Source of the DNA: Botryllus schlosseri | Taxonomy: Eukaryota | Reading direction: 5' to 3' | Assembly: GCA_051294905.1 (NCBI GenBank) | Contig: CM119372.1 | Span: 19,718,001-19,782,000, forward strand | Length of the DNA stretch: 64,000 nt | Shown here: piece after piece, positions 50,895-64,000 of the stretch | Position numbering within the stretch: the first letter of the stretch is position 1 | Layout: each line of letters begins with the position of its first letter | Program-made: the position numbers and the translations under genes | Notes under the pieces: generated by a model | Database searches by the model: none | What the model was told of the DNA's origin: nothing | What the model saw: only the letters and a program-made list of their open reading frames with translations

Positions 50895-53800
50895 AAAGGA
50901 AATACCTAAGACTTTATTTCCCGAGCTTTGGAGACTTCACCGACCTGAAGACGGCGACACCAGTTCGCTCGTAGTTCGGCACGTAGCCAAAGTAGTATAT
51001 ATTCCTTTAGTTGGCTGGATATCGCCACCAACTCTTACGCAAAGTGCTTCATGTTTGGTAACTAGTCTGTTTGTGAAAGCTCTTTCACAGTTGCAAGCGA
51101 TTGAAAACCTACATACACTACACATGCACGCGGAACTTGATTCTACTCCTGATATAGAAATGATCGAGACCTGACGATTTTCGGTTTTGTCGATATTGGC
51201 AACGGGTGACGTAGAGCCCGCGAGTAGTGTTCGCGAACATCAGAAATACCGACTCTCAGGTCACATGAGGTACTCTTGCCAGGGTTTGGACCACCCTGTT
51301 ATAAGAGAGAATGAGAGAGAGAGAGTCTTTATTTTTTAATTCAACCAAAATACATAACAAACATACAGCAATGATGGTGGCACAGAAACTCCTAATCCAA
51401 TCCAAATCCGATGAAATTTATCCAGATCCGGGTTTTTCAAATCCTAATCCTAATCCATGCTCATTGCTCATCTCTGATAGTAAGGCGATAATTTAGTACG
51501 TACCGGTACGTGTAGAATTTGAACCCTGCAATATCGCTAGATACGGTTGATCGGCTGTAAAATGTCAACTGATAAGTTCACCGAAAGTGCGAAATCTACG
51601 ATCCAAACGAAATGTAGGCTGCAAAGAAGTTTCAACTTTGTAAACAATTTTGACATTTTTTGACCTAACGCTACAATTTTGACCTAATTTTGACTTTTTG
51701 GACATGTCAGAAAAAGATCGCCCTATTAGTTATAATAAAATAAAATTCAAATATCTGTGGTCAGCTCTTGTATTCCTTACAACGCACACGGAGCACGGGC
51801 TAGCGCCAATACACGGCTAAAAGAAAGAGAGCATAAAAATATGACAACTTATATCGTCGCCAGAGCCACTTTTTAGCCGTTTATAACTGCTGTATTCAAC
51901 CGCGATTTCGAATTATTGCCAATTCCATTGTTTGCGAATGACGGTGTAGCTAGAATAGAATCCATATGATCCGTAATATCATGTAATATACTATTGCGTA
52001 CAGAGGCTTGATAATAAAGTATTCAAATGAATAGCAAGGGCATGGTTTTTGATGGAATATTTTGGAATAATTTTACTTGTGCTTATAGAAAGCGATCCAA
52101 AGTTTTGAATCCGACCCGCGACGCAAGTTGCGTTTGACACATCTGCCCTAGGGTGTACGATACACCCGGTTTAGTAGAGCCCGGTCTAGGCCTACACCGG
52201 AATTTGCCAACCTTTTCGGCCAAAGGGCCACATGAGATTCACGAACCAGTGCGCCGGCCAGATTAATGTTGATGACCTTTTTAGTCGTCCAATTTTCGCC
52301 CCCTTTTTTCTCAAAATCGCCCACTGGGGGGCGATATCGCCAACGTTGGGAACCACCGAATTAGGTCGTCCGGGGCCTATGATATTCGTAGGCCCCGGGT
52401 CGTAACTTCTACCGCGGCAACTTTGCGCCAGATTTGGCCTGTTTTTTTTACCGGCCGGGTAGCTGCTGACAAAAAATAAATCACCAAGTTCGCTTGCGAT
52501 GGCCTTGAGTTTCTTATGTCCTTCACGTTAGCTCAGATGTTGTCTTTGCAAAGGTTAATCTTTTCACTAGCGGCCTTGTGCTGAATTCGGCATAACTTTT
52601 TCCTGCTTATCAGCAATTTGGTCGAGAGGCTGTCGAGAGGCCCAACGAAATCGTCTCGCAAGCCTCACTTTATCAGGGGGGAATTTCTACGGAAAGCATT
52701 TAAACATACATCTAGCTAAAAATATGTCCAAAGAAACAAATAATAGTAAAGAATTAGTTTCATACTTAACAGTTATACCATAAAAATCTGAAAATCTTGT
52801 GAACCCAGTGTATCTTCCGACACAACTCTAAAGCCAGATTTCCCCCTAAAAATTTCAAAATTACCCAAAGGGGGAATCCCCCCGACACAAAATATCTGAC
52901 TGGGGGATATTGCGCACGTTTTGTTCGATTTGGTGCTCGGCAAGCGAACATCGATATTTCGGAAGGTGGTGTTTGCAAACGAACCCTGTAAGGTTCATCA
53001 CTCTGAATATTTTATAAAATAGCAGATTTTACACTAATCATGACATCTTTGATAAAAATGTCTTATTTCTACCTCCGACCACTCTCTGTTTGACGGCGAC
53101 ATCAAGACGGAAATAGGATAAACCCATGTAATTATTCGAAATGCTATAGATTCTTGACAATTTTGGTTAAAACATCGCATTATTCCGCATGTGAATAATG
53201 TAGGTAGCTGCCTCTCTCACCGCTATGTGGTTAGCCCTGAAACAGGCCAGAACAGGGGTCGGCAACCTTCAGGATACAGGAGTTATCTGAACCTATATGC
53301 AGGTATATGAAACCAATTAGGGCCTCAAACCCAAAAATATCGATGACACCACATACAGTTTCTAAGTTTTAGTACATATTTCCCAAAGTATTTATGAAAT
53401 CAAAAAAATAAACCAGTGATTTTAAACTTATTGTAGCGATCTTTCCGTGGAAAGGTGGTATTTCAAGATAAATATTAAACCGGCAACTTCGATTCTATTA
53501 CGATCACAGCTAGGCTTGGATTTAAAACAAAATCAATTTAAAACAACCATGGCCCTTGTTTAAAACATGTTTTTATTGGTTTTTTTTCGAGTCATGACGT
53601 CACCAATCTTCAATTGTGACGCCACAGTGAATTTACATTGGCGATTGAAAATATAGGGTAAATATGGCTCATGCTTTCAATTGATAGAAATGACTAGAAA
53701 TTAATACTCCGCAGAATTTACTTGGCCCGCCAATTTATTTCCTGCTTCCTAGAAAAATAACTGCCCACCTCTGGGCTAGGAGTTATCAAGTCATTAAATG

Positions 53801-55152
53801 TGAACCACCGTACTCTGTCTCTGACCTAGCAATGGCTGCACCAACATCATTCAACAAAACACCGGTATCTATAGATTCATGCAAGAAGACAACACGCGCT
53901 TTTCAGTTGTTGGGCAACTAACAATACTTTCAAATGTGCAACTAGAACTAGAACTTGAACTACGCAAAAAACCGTTAGTTAGTTGACCGCCAACTAACTA
54001 AAGTAGTAGCTTGTACAAGTCTGCCTCCGATGGCGCCCACATATCCTTTTCGACAATTTGCCCTCTTTTATAGGTTTGAGAGTCAGGATATTGTACACGG
54101 ACAACTCGAAAATTCCATGAATGACGCCAAATCTGGATTTCGACGGCGGTCACGGCAAGGTTGACTGAAAAAAAGGTTAACCCCAGCCAATAATACGTTG
54201 GAGCGGTTGTTCCGGGAGTCGAGTTGGAAAATGACCTTCTTTTAGTCAACCAATAATATTTTCCGTAAAATGCTCAATTCATCCGTTTCTCTTAAGCTAT
54301 TATAACTTTTGTAACTTGTGAAAAGTACCTCTTTTTCGGATCCCAAAATAGGGTAACACTCGGACGCTTTTCTAACAAGAAGTTCTTGGCCGGGGTGTCG
54401 CAGCATCCTGGGGTAACAATCGGGTGGTGGGTTTAGGACAGAAATAGATCATGTCTAACAATGTTTTATGCATAAACAATGTTTTACACATAAGAATAGG
54501 ACATGATCTATTTCTGTCCTAAAGAAATATAATACACTAGGCCCAATTTTGACATAAATCTCCTGACTGGACAACTTCCGTTGAACGCGGTGTCTAAACC
54601 ACCATAGCGTGTACGACATATTTCCTTCATAACATCGGCCGACAACTATATAATGTTCGATCTCTGCGTGACTGCTGGAGCGTGAAACCCCTGTGGAAAT
54701 TTCGATAAATTGCAGTTCCATTACGGCGACGTTCTAAAGAAAATGGCTGCGGCCAATTTTTTTTTTCGTTTTGCCCTTCAATTTGAAATCTCATCATTTT
54801 TAGAGTGCAGTGCTAACCTTTCGGTCGGTAAAAATAAATAAGGTTCTAGTTCAAGGTTATTCATAAAATTCATCATTTCAAAACATCACAAGACTGCGAT
54901 ACAACGAAAGATAGGAAGGTGGTGAAACGACTTGGAGTAGGCCTAGTCTTTGAGATCATACACCTGTTCGTTCTGCTGTTTAGCGGCTGTGTATGAAAGA
55001 CATGGCGCTATGATATCACATATTCAAATATATCATATGGGTGGTAATTAACTTTGATGTTTTAACTGTGTTAATTTGACTATCGCGATTTTCATATATC
55101 ACTTCCTATATGCAGCCATTATTGCTCTTGCCGAATGTCGCAGGTGCTACCG

Positions 55153-55848
55153 CAGGGCCGGCCAACCCGTGGCCCGCGAAGGTTTTGAGATGCCCGCAAG
55201 GTCATTTCCAAAATTTTTAATATCATCAAAAATGGATTGCACAGATTGTGAACTTGCAAGGCCAACCAAAAATTTGATTATTCTGGCCGCAACACTTGAT
55301 GTGATGACTAAAATATCAGTTCCGACGCATTGACAGATCCATCAGCCATTCACATATTGGTATATCTTCGTACACTACAATAAAGCAGAATAATTTGCGG
55401 TAGATTTATCAAAGGTAAAAATTTTCTATAAGCTTGGCGCAACATGTTGTCACTCGATTTCTTGTTTTTAATATTGTTGCCCTTTTGTGAAAATGGAAGA
55501 ACACGTATCAGATTGAGTCTAACTATATTCGCGATTACGAGACAAAATATCGTTCAACATATGCGACATTGCGTTTTCGCTCGCAGTAAGACCGTTGGCT
55601 ATGAAACCTAGGCACGAAATGATTGACGCATGTTGGTCGCATCTTTCGATATCGATATGTCAATGCGCCGAATAGCCCTGTCCTCGCAAAATTAGCCCAG
55701 CGATGTACAACAGGCCCGCAATATAGTCAAATGACAATATTATTGACCTATGAACTTAAAAACTTTTCGCGCCTCGCGCGGCTATTGGCCCGCGCGATAC
55801 TTCGTCAATCGAATGTGGCCCGTTGGCTGAAAAGGTTGGCCAGCCCTG
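55153..55848. mobile_element. Buster-type MITE
   Basis: TIR CAGGGCCGGCCAACC / GGTTGGCCAGCCCTG; perfect TSD TGCTACCG. Confidence 0.9.
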
Positions 55849-57544
55849 TGCTACCGTATACAGCGCGTCTCTTCTGGATCGGTTTGCTGTACTTTTATAT
55901 ATGCGTTCTTGAAACGGCATTTTACTGGAAATATGGCCTATTCTGCGATACTTTTCATAAGGTATGATAGGGCAAGGTAAGGAATGGGCATTGTGTTTTA
56001 TTCAATACCCATATATTCCTTCGCTAAAAGGTTTCGATATTTTAGTTCAAGTAGACTCTATACTCGAATCGATACGACCAGTACAAAATTCCTTACTCGT
56101 TGTTTCGAATCATATATGACAAACAAGATTGCGTCCGTTCTATTTTATCCCTAAGTTCTAATGACACCCTTATATGGAAGTGGAAAATTCGGTTAGGTTC
56201 TGTATAGCGCTCAAATGTAGAATTTCATTCATCAAACAAGCGACATGCAAAGTGCTGCGCTTCGCGTTTCCGTCGACTGCTCAGTGATGGATTTTTCATG
56301 GGATTTAAAACTTGTCGCTGCGGTCGTATCACGCCCAGGAAGTCACTTTTGCGTCAGAGTGTATTAAGAAGCGTTTCGCTGTGTGTGATGCTGAGGTATT
56401 GCGTCACTAAACGCCGCTCTACGATGTTCAATGTTGCTAAATAACAGCTGTCACGGGGTTATTCCAAGCATTGTGTCCTCATCCCGGCAGGAGACGTAAT
56501 CTCAATCAGGTTGATGGTAAATTGGTGGTTGTCAGTTATCATGTCGCTAAGCTTTCTTCGATATCCGTGTATAGCCGTGGCATATATTCCGTTGAAGTCC
56601 GCATGTTTCTTTTATGAAAGTTATAACGACAATATTTGCTTGTAAGATCGGATGGGAACGCAACTAAAGTTTTACCAGGTGTAAGAAGTGCTAGTAATAG
56701 TTGTGTTTGACAAAAGACTTCAATTGCGAACGTAAATGCATCATACCGATGATCAGTGATACCGATATAGTAGAGGTATGAGATGCGATACGAGTGCACC
56801 AGAGTTATAAGAAGGCTGTTGATATCCTGTTTGGCCAAGTCTTTTGTGGTGCAACGTTTAGGCATATGCGGCGCTTAGTTCAGAATTGATAGAATTCGTG
56901 AGCCTGCGAATGACGTCGGCTGGTAAGTGCGGATTCAGCACGGTAGCACAAATTCAAGCGGAATAGCGTCTTACGCACAGGCATAATCAGTGTAGTCGGG
57001 CGGAGTCATAAGAGTGACTAAATATCGCTTGAAATTGCAACAATGTATTGCAAGTTATAAGCGGTGTTATTTTGAAGGATCTAGACTGAGTTTAGTTCAT
57101 AAATGTTGAGCAGGTTCTGTACATGCAACTGCATTGATTAGCACCCCTATATTACTTGGAAGTGAGATTCCATCTTTCCTACCAGAGTGGTACTTACATA
57201 AGAATACAATCTGAAGCTATAAATACAGGTGCGATATACCTGCGAAGCAATAGTAAGTGACGCCAACACTGTTACCCATACTGCAAGGAAGGCTAAAAAG
57301 GATGAACATAAAGGTTAGTAGCTACTCCTATACTCAAATTGTCTTATTTTTACAGCACCGCATACGCTTTTTCAAAAGTGCAGTATAAAGTGTGTGTTCG
57401 ATCGGTGTTTCCGTTACATGTGACTATGTGCGGGTTGAAACTTTCATTCGAATTGGTAAATATTAATGGACTTGTGTAGGCGAAAATGAACTTGCAATGC
57501 AGTGCAGGTACCACCAACCTTTTTGAAACCAAGATCTATTTGTT

Positions 57545-57802
57545 GTCCGTGTTATCCATGGTGATTGTCGACTACTATGGTAATTTACACCAGGCCAATT
57601 TTCTTCATTATATTCCGACTTGTAGCACGGCCCGCTTCTAGGATTTTATAAGACGCCGCTTAGATGGATGAGATGGCGAGGAGGAGCCTAGATAAACCTC
57701 CAACAGGAGGTAGGAATTCTGGAGTCGACCTCGGTCGGACTCGATCCCGCAACCCATTGGTGGTGCAGCTGTGGATTATACCAGTATACGCTATCTCGCC
57801 AC
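57545..57802 (-). mobile_element. tRNA-derived SINE, family 2
   Basis: Reverse-complement similar to 36596-36865. Confidence 0.75.
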
Positions 57803-59295
57803 CAAAGAGCCACGTCTTGGGTACTGATCAATGCGAGGGGCTTCCAGTTACTAACGCCGTTTATCCGTGCTATGTTGGACTTCTTTACTTAGGCATTCAG
57901 AGAACTGGGCTGGGTCCCCGCTCTTTCCGAAGAACAGAGACCTCTCTCCAGGACTCATACCAGCGTCTCCAAGTTCAGTTGGGTTGTTATCGCACTGCGC
58001 TCTGAAGCGCCAATAGTCGAGACTCGGCAATAGTAACTAGATTCCCGCTAAGCCTCCACGAGGAGGACGAAGACGATCAACGCCCCATAGTGAACCCTTC
58101 TCCGCTCTCACCTGTAAAGCTCTCATTTCAATATTTGCTTCGGCGACTGCGGGCGACTCAATTGGCCATGACGGGCACCCTGGCGACCATGGCCACGTCG
58201 TTGGTGACCCCTGATGTAGGGTATTCAGACATGAGTTGCTCAAGTTTAACTCTAAATTGCAATGTAATGAAATGGTTTTTGCGCAAACGCTACTCACCTT
58301 ACATTTATTGAAATGAGTAGCCTAATACCAATCACAATAACTGATTAGAAATTAATGTGAATTATTACTGATTCTCTCTGATTCAAATGGAATCAAAGTA
58401 AATAGCTCATTATTGGTTTGGATCCACTTTTTTTACTGCCCAAAGCGGTATCGATTAATAGCGCCCATTAATGGAACTGTCAAACTGCCTTGCGCGAGCC
58501 AGTTTCGTTATAGACTTGAAGCAGTGGCATATTCGGTACTCACGGACTACAACTACAATAACGTGTGTCATATTCGACTGTTTGAGATCTCGGTATTGCA
58601 CGTGTTCGATTTTTTCATTAAGATTATTCGATTCAATTCCAGCGCGTTTGTTGGCGTCCAATGCTAATTGAGTATAATTTGAAGTTGCCAGCTCTAACAT
58701 ATCGTGACCTTGAAATTTTGAAGCAAGAAATGCAGCTGACCATAGCTAGATAGTGCGGAAACTTGACTATTAGAATGGCTTATAACCCGATAGTACAGTC
58801 GGTTAATTCAAAATATAAATATATCTTGAACCACATTTACCAGTTGTGAAATGCAGTGATATTGGAGGTTACGGTTAAAACGTTAAATGCGTTTTGTATC
58901 GAAATGATTGATTGACATCAATCCATCAATCTTGGTTTGGCAAATATGATGTTATTTTAGTAGCTATCGGTACTACCTATCGCGAGCTGCATTACTGCAT
59001 GCCGTCTCTATGGAGTGTTTTTACAATTAACTGGATGGATTTCGAGTTGAACTTAAATTGCCATATAAATATAAATATATACCAACCTGCCTGCATGTGG
59101 GACCAAACCGGTCTTTCGATTTATACCTAGCATCACTCATTTTGTTTTTGGAGTAGGCCGTTATTGTTGCGTTTCCTTACCCAAATTCGATAATCTACTC
59201 AGGAATCCACGTAAGCATAAAGTATCAAATATACAGAAATGGGACACTGAAACCAATACAACATCATATAGTGCTATGAAAACATTGGGTGCTTC

Positions 59296-60569
59296 CAGAA
59301 GTGGTCAGTAATAAAGTACTTCTACTTTTTCGAAGTACCCAAGTAGTTTTCTTCTACTTCTGGTACTTACTCAAGTATATCTTTTTTTCGCTACTTCTAC
59401 TTCGTAATATTTTGTGAACTACTTACTTACTTTTCGCTATTTTCAGTTTGTCAAGTAAAAGTAGTTTAATCCTCCAATAAGAAAGATAGCCTAAGGCATT
59501 TCGGGGCTGTTTTCACGTAGTACCAACATTTAATTTTCATGAAAGTCATGAAATACCCAGAATTTTCGTGGCGCTTCTCGCACAGTAGATATAGAGTGAC
59601 AACTATGTTTTAACGAAGGTATCGCTGAATATAATTTAGATATTGGGCTGCGTGGTTCCGTTCACACCGCATTGTCTCCCATATCAAATAGTTCATCACA
59701 GTAAGTATGGCGCCCATAACGTTTGAAACTACCGTTTCACAATCTAGTAATTACCTATTATATCTAGCAGCCCATGACGTGTCCTAATCTGGAAAAGTGG
59801 ACTTACTTTTTTTTAACGTTAGACCTGTTTTAGCAGACCACCGTTGAAACTTTCTCGACAGAAGACATTAAATGTTTTTTCCGCTTTTTAGAAGTAGTAT
59901 TTGTATTTTTCTTTCAATTACGAGTATTGTACGTTGGGTTCTAATTATAGTTTCAGTTCTTTTGTCTGGAGGACATACATGTGGAAGTATAAAAACAATT
60001 GTAGTAATGCCTTATACGTTCCGAACATATAGCTGTACACTATATGGCATTTTTACGATCTGTCATATTTTTAATTAACGTATACTAATCGCGCAAAGTA
60101 TTAAAGCCGTATCCGACACAACTTCTCCGTAATGCTCTTCGATTGAACTAGGGGCCTTTAATGGGGGAGGGCGCCATGCCATGATATTCTCTAAAACGGG
60201 GTGTTCGAGTAAACAAAGGATTAGTATCGCATTCCCATATCAATACTATCATTTACACCCCATGATGTGGACGACTGCTTATTCTATCAAAAATTGACAC
60301 TTCCTGGGATGCATCAATATGAATCAAGCTCTCTACACCTTCCGCATAGCTCCATTTGCAGCTTTTGACCGTCCATGCGAACGAATTACGATCGTTTACA
60401 CAACTACTTACTTACTTGAGTACATTCGAAGTCAGGCAATTCTACTTCTACTTCAAGTACTTTTAGGTTGCCTATGTAAGAAGTACTTCTACTCGTACTT
60501 GAATAGATTGTTTCGTCGCTACTTCAACTTCTACTTGGATAGCTTTCTTGACTACTTTTACCACCTCTG
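59296..60569. mobile_element. hAT-like element with TACTTCTAC subterminal repeats
   Basis: TIR CAGAAGTGGT / ACCACCTCTG; TSD GGTGCTTC/GATGCTTC. Confidence 0.85.
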
Positions 60570-60651
60570 GATGCTTCTGGATTCATAAAATCGTTACGCA
60601 TCTGATAGCATGCAGTAACTAACGAGTGGTATCTTGTTATCTTGTATTCAG

Positions 60652-63600
60652 GTTTTATGCCTGCTAATGTCAGTGGCCTCTATCGACGCAGCAGATCCAC
60701 TTGGTGATGACTCGAGCACGTTTGATTATGACAACTATGGTAAGCTGTGTGTCTGTGTGTGAGTGAGAACTCGTACTTTGCTTATGACATTCGATGTACG
60801 TGTCATTGCAAATATGTGTCGACTTTACCGCATTAGTGGTAACTGCAACGTCGGAAAATCAGATGGTAGTGCTAATGCGTTGTTTTCGTGACGTCACTGT
60901 AGTCTAATAAGATGCTTGGATGCTATTAGGCCAAGCAATATTTGAATCTGGAATATCTGCAATATCTGAATATCTGATCCATCTCATCATATAGTCATTA
61001 GACTTTTAAAGTTGTCAATTGCAGAAATATACACATTTATACCATTATATGAATTATGCATTCAAACTCCCCTATTGTTTTATATCGTGTACAGACTACT
61101 TCGCCTTAGATGCAGACCATAGCAAGTGGGACATCAGTCAGCATGAAGATCTCGTTACCAAGTTATTCGGAAGTGAAGACGCGGCGCGAGCTCGCTTCTT
61201 GGACAAGCTATATGCTTCTCCATCCCAAGACATGTCGATCTGTGAATTCCAGAAGATATGGATCCTGGAGGATCTCAAGTCGACAGTTTTATCCGAAGGT
61301 GAACGTATGACAGATACGAGCGTGGTTCATATTTCGACATCCTGTTGTGATTCCGATTTTCGAAATGACAATTCATTTCGCCCAGAATTCATGACATACG
61401 GCAATATGACATATAATTTAGACTCCATGCTTCGTGATTTTGCCAAATCCCAACTTTTCATCATAGATTCGCGATTGACCGGGAATGATAAGCAGACATT
61501 AATTGACGTAATCGAAGTGGATTTGAGAAAGCCAATCAATAAAATGCACGGTGCTGTCGATTGCGGAGATCTACGCGAACAGTTGCAGAGCTCCCGGTGA
61601 GTTTGTTGCTACATCGCTATGGTTTCGTCGATGCCATAACCTCGGTGTCGATTTCGCAAATCTAGGTCGAACATGGATTGCGCGATAGGCCGCCGCAACA
61701 CGACCAAACTCTTAAGAACTATATTCAATGCGTCCACGACGGAGTGCTACCAGTTTGCTCCCGGCGCATGGATGGCGTTGGTTCAATCAACAGATTTTCC
61801 GAGCCGTTGCAACGTCACTCTTGTCTATAGTGACATGATACACATGTCCAGGGTAAGCATGATTTCACATCAACGATTAGTTCACTGAGCGTCCGAGTAG
61901 GTTTGTATCAATGGTATATCTCTCAGCTTGCAGCTACATTCTACAACGAACGCATCGCATGGGATGTACCTATAACCAGATACCGAGAGGAATTGGGCGG
62001 CGGCCTTTTGGCAGCGATATCATCAAAAAGACGTCTACGATATCTGACTCGTTCGCTATGTTCCGGCGTGAAAAATCTGGCCGACTGCGACGCAATCATA
62101 ACACCAGTGACTCGCACAATATGTGACACTGGCTTTAGGTAATTGTTAATCATACTATTTATAAACAAAATACAGTTTCTGCTGGAACTTCAAATACGCC
62201 AACTACTCATAAACGTTAGAATATATCACAGTATATTGGAGGTTATTGGCGGCACATAATGTCTAGTGCGGTGCCCGCCACTAGCAGACCAGGGAGCTCA
62301 TTCTGCCAGGCATGTGCCTCTCAGCTGAAAATAACTGAAACGTTTCGCATGATCCTAATGAGAAGTGCTTTGCGGTGATTCTGTTTATGTAGCACGCCAC
62401 GATGTGGTTTGCGCGTCGACCAATCAATCTCATATCTACCTGTTTACTTGCGATGGTATAAACATTTTAATTTGTACTGTGGCAGACTGGCAGTCCCCCT
62501 AATGTTAATGGAAAGTGGGTTTTTAGGTTCAGGATGACTTCAGTCAGCATCCGCCAGACTTCATGCGTATGTCCTTAATGACGGCATTCGGAAAACTAAC
62601 TATTCACTTTATCTATCAACTGAAACAGTCTGGATTCTGTCTACGGCATTGAAAACGTGGTCAAAATGGATAGTGTCAAACCGAATTTCGACAACCTGGA
62701 CGACGCTGAAATCCCGTTGGAGATATTGGAAGACGTCACTGAATTGATTCACTACGCATCGCGTAACCAAATCACCATCCAACCCAGAAACGTGGAAATA
62801 GCAGTTTCCAGTTTGGAGATATACATGTCCATTATGGACAACACGATCGGAAGCTCTTCAAAACACATTTGGTCTCAGGTATATGCAATGTGCGAAACGT
62901 ACAGAGGTTGTCAGTGACAGAGTACTTCTACTTTGTCGGCGTCTGCCTATAGTGCCTACTCGGTTTATTTAATAAAACGGTTATATTTTTAGACTATACT
63001 TCCACTTATGCTTGTACAGTATTTAAGGCAAAACTATAGAATTGAATGCTGGTAGGGGGCTCCGCAATCTGCATGCATACTGCCGTAACGGAATACAGTA
63101 AGTTATCTGGACAACAATGGCTGGTCTCTGGGTGGGAATGCATGTGGAATATGATAAGTTTCCAGCTTATAAGGGTGAAAATAGGGTTCCACGTTTTAGT
63201 GTGATTTTTTTATCCACCTTCAAAGGTGGGCACAGTTTTTAGAGTGTTGATTTTTTTAGTCCATGCGTGATATCGTAGAAAACACCTATATTAACGTGAT
63301 ATCGCAGAAAACGCCTATATGAGACAACACAGCATTTGACAACACCAAACACCTTTTAAGGTGTTTAGTTTTTACACGAAACGCTTTCTCTTTGGCGTTG
63401 TTACCATCAACGGAAAAATATTTAGAGTGTACTAACTTTTCACAGTTCGGATTTTCAAATGAGGAAGTTGTTTGCGACTAGATAGTATATAACTTTCTTG
63501 GGTGGAATTATCATAAAAATCGCGTGAAACAGTCCCCGTATCACGGTCACTCAATATATATTCGAAGATTGCATCTATTTGGAGTATATTTAGAGATTTT

Positions 63601-63980
63601 GTTCTAGTCTTGAATATGCAATCTGCAATTTCGAAAGTAGCCACCTCCGATTAACTGCTAAAAGTATGTGATCCCTTCACCAAATCTCTTTTTTGAAACT
63701 GCTTACTTGAGTACTCTTCGAACCTTCCAATTTCTACTTCCACTTGAAGTAGTTTTGATATGCTTTGGAAATCGCTAGTTCTACTTGCAATTGACTGGAA
63801 ATTACGGCGTTGCTTTTACATCTACATGAGTGAAGGAACGCTGCAGTACTTTGACCACCTCTGGTGACTCATCGTGCATTCGTTCGACCAGTGGAATACA
63901 AAGATATTCCTTTTGGACAGGTACCGGACAACCAAACGCTAGCTCGGTTGAGCAGGATACTGAAAAACAACGACAAGTAC
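60652..63980 (+). CDS. Multi-exon gene for a secreted or membrane protein, probably an adhesion GPCR (GAIN-domain start); incomplete at both ends. Exons 60652-60739, 61095-61596, 61666-61852, 61927-62138, possibly 62393-62455, 62629-62878, 63921-~63980
   Basis: The GT-AG exon chain is phase-compatible. It begins with a signal-peptide-like VLCLLMSVASIDA. The later segment ILEDVTELIHY...IQPRNVEIAVSSLE...MDNTIGSSSKHIWSQVPDNQTLARLSRIL resembles GAIN subdomain-A helices of latrophilin/CELSR-type receptors (by-eye similarity only). Confidence 0.55.
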
Positions 63981-64000
63981 GTATGGAGCATGTCCCGTCT

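Noticed and set aside
51390..51460. Telomere-like (TAATCC)n repeat
   Set aside because: A few degenerate units that do not match TTAGGG; more likely a MITE end.
50900..59200. Downstream PC5B-like Cys-rich or transmembrane exons
   Set aside because: No CxxCxxxC-type exons or convincing TM exon were found by eye after either copy.

Overview
Eukaryotic (animal) genomic DNA. Many ~55-75-nt GT-AG introns and a dense load of hAT/MITE insertions suggest a tunicate-like genome (inference). The window holds two tandem + strand copies of a PCSK5/PCSK6 (PC5A/PACE4)-like proprotein convertase. Copy 1 is 5'-incomplete, with 15 exons at 2465-15790. Copy 2 has 18 coding exons at 27274/28536-49379. Both have an intact catalytic triad, P domain, furin-like Cys-rich repeats, a PLAC-like domain and an acidic Tyr-rich tail. 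A 5' part of a probable adhesion-GPCR gene starts near 60650. Introns and intergenic DNA contain a decayed Buster/Charlie hAT transposon, many non-autonomous hAT and Tc1/pogo elements with clear TIRs and TSDs, two tRNA-derived SINE families and CR1/L2-type LINE tails. There are two highlights. (1) A DNA transposon inserted into the first coding exon of copy 2, and its terminal inverted repeat supplies a new in-frame ATG just downstream of a candidate splice acceptor. (2) A Pack-type hAT MITE in a copy 2 intron carries the terminal coding segment of the ATP synthase gamma gene. Exon models were read by eye from splice signals and frame continuity; no database searches were run.
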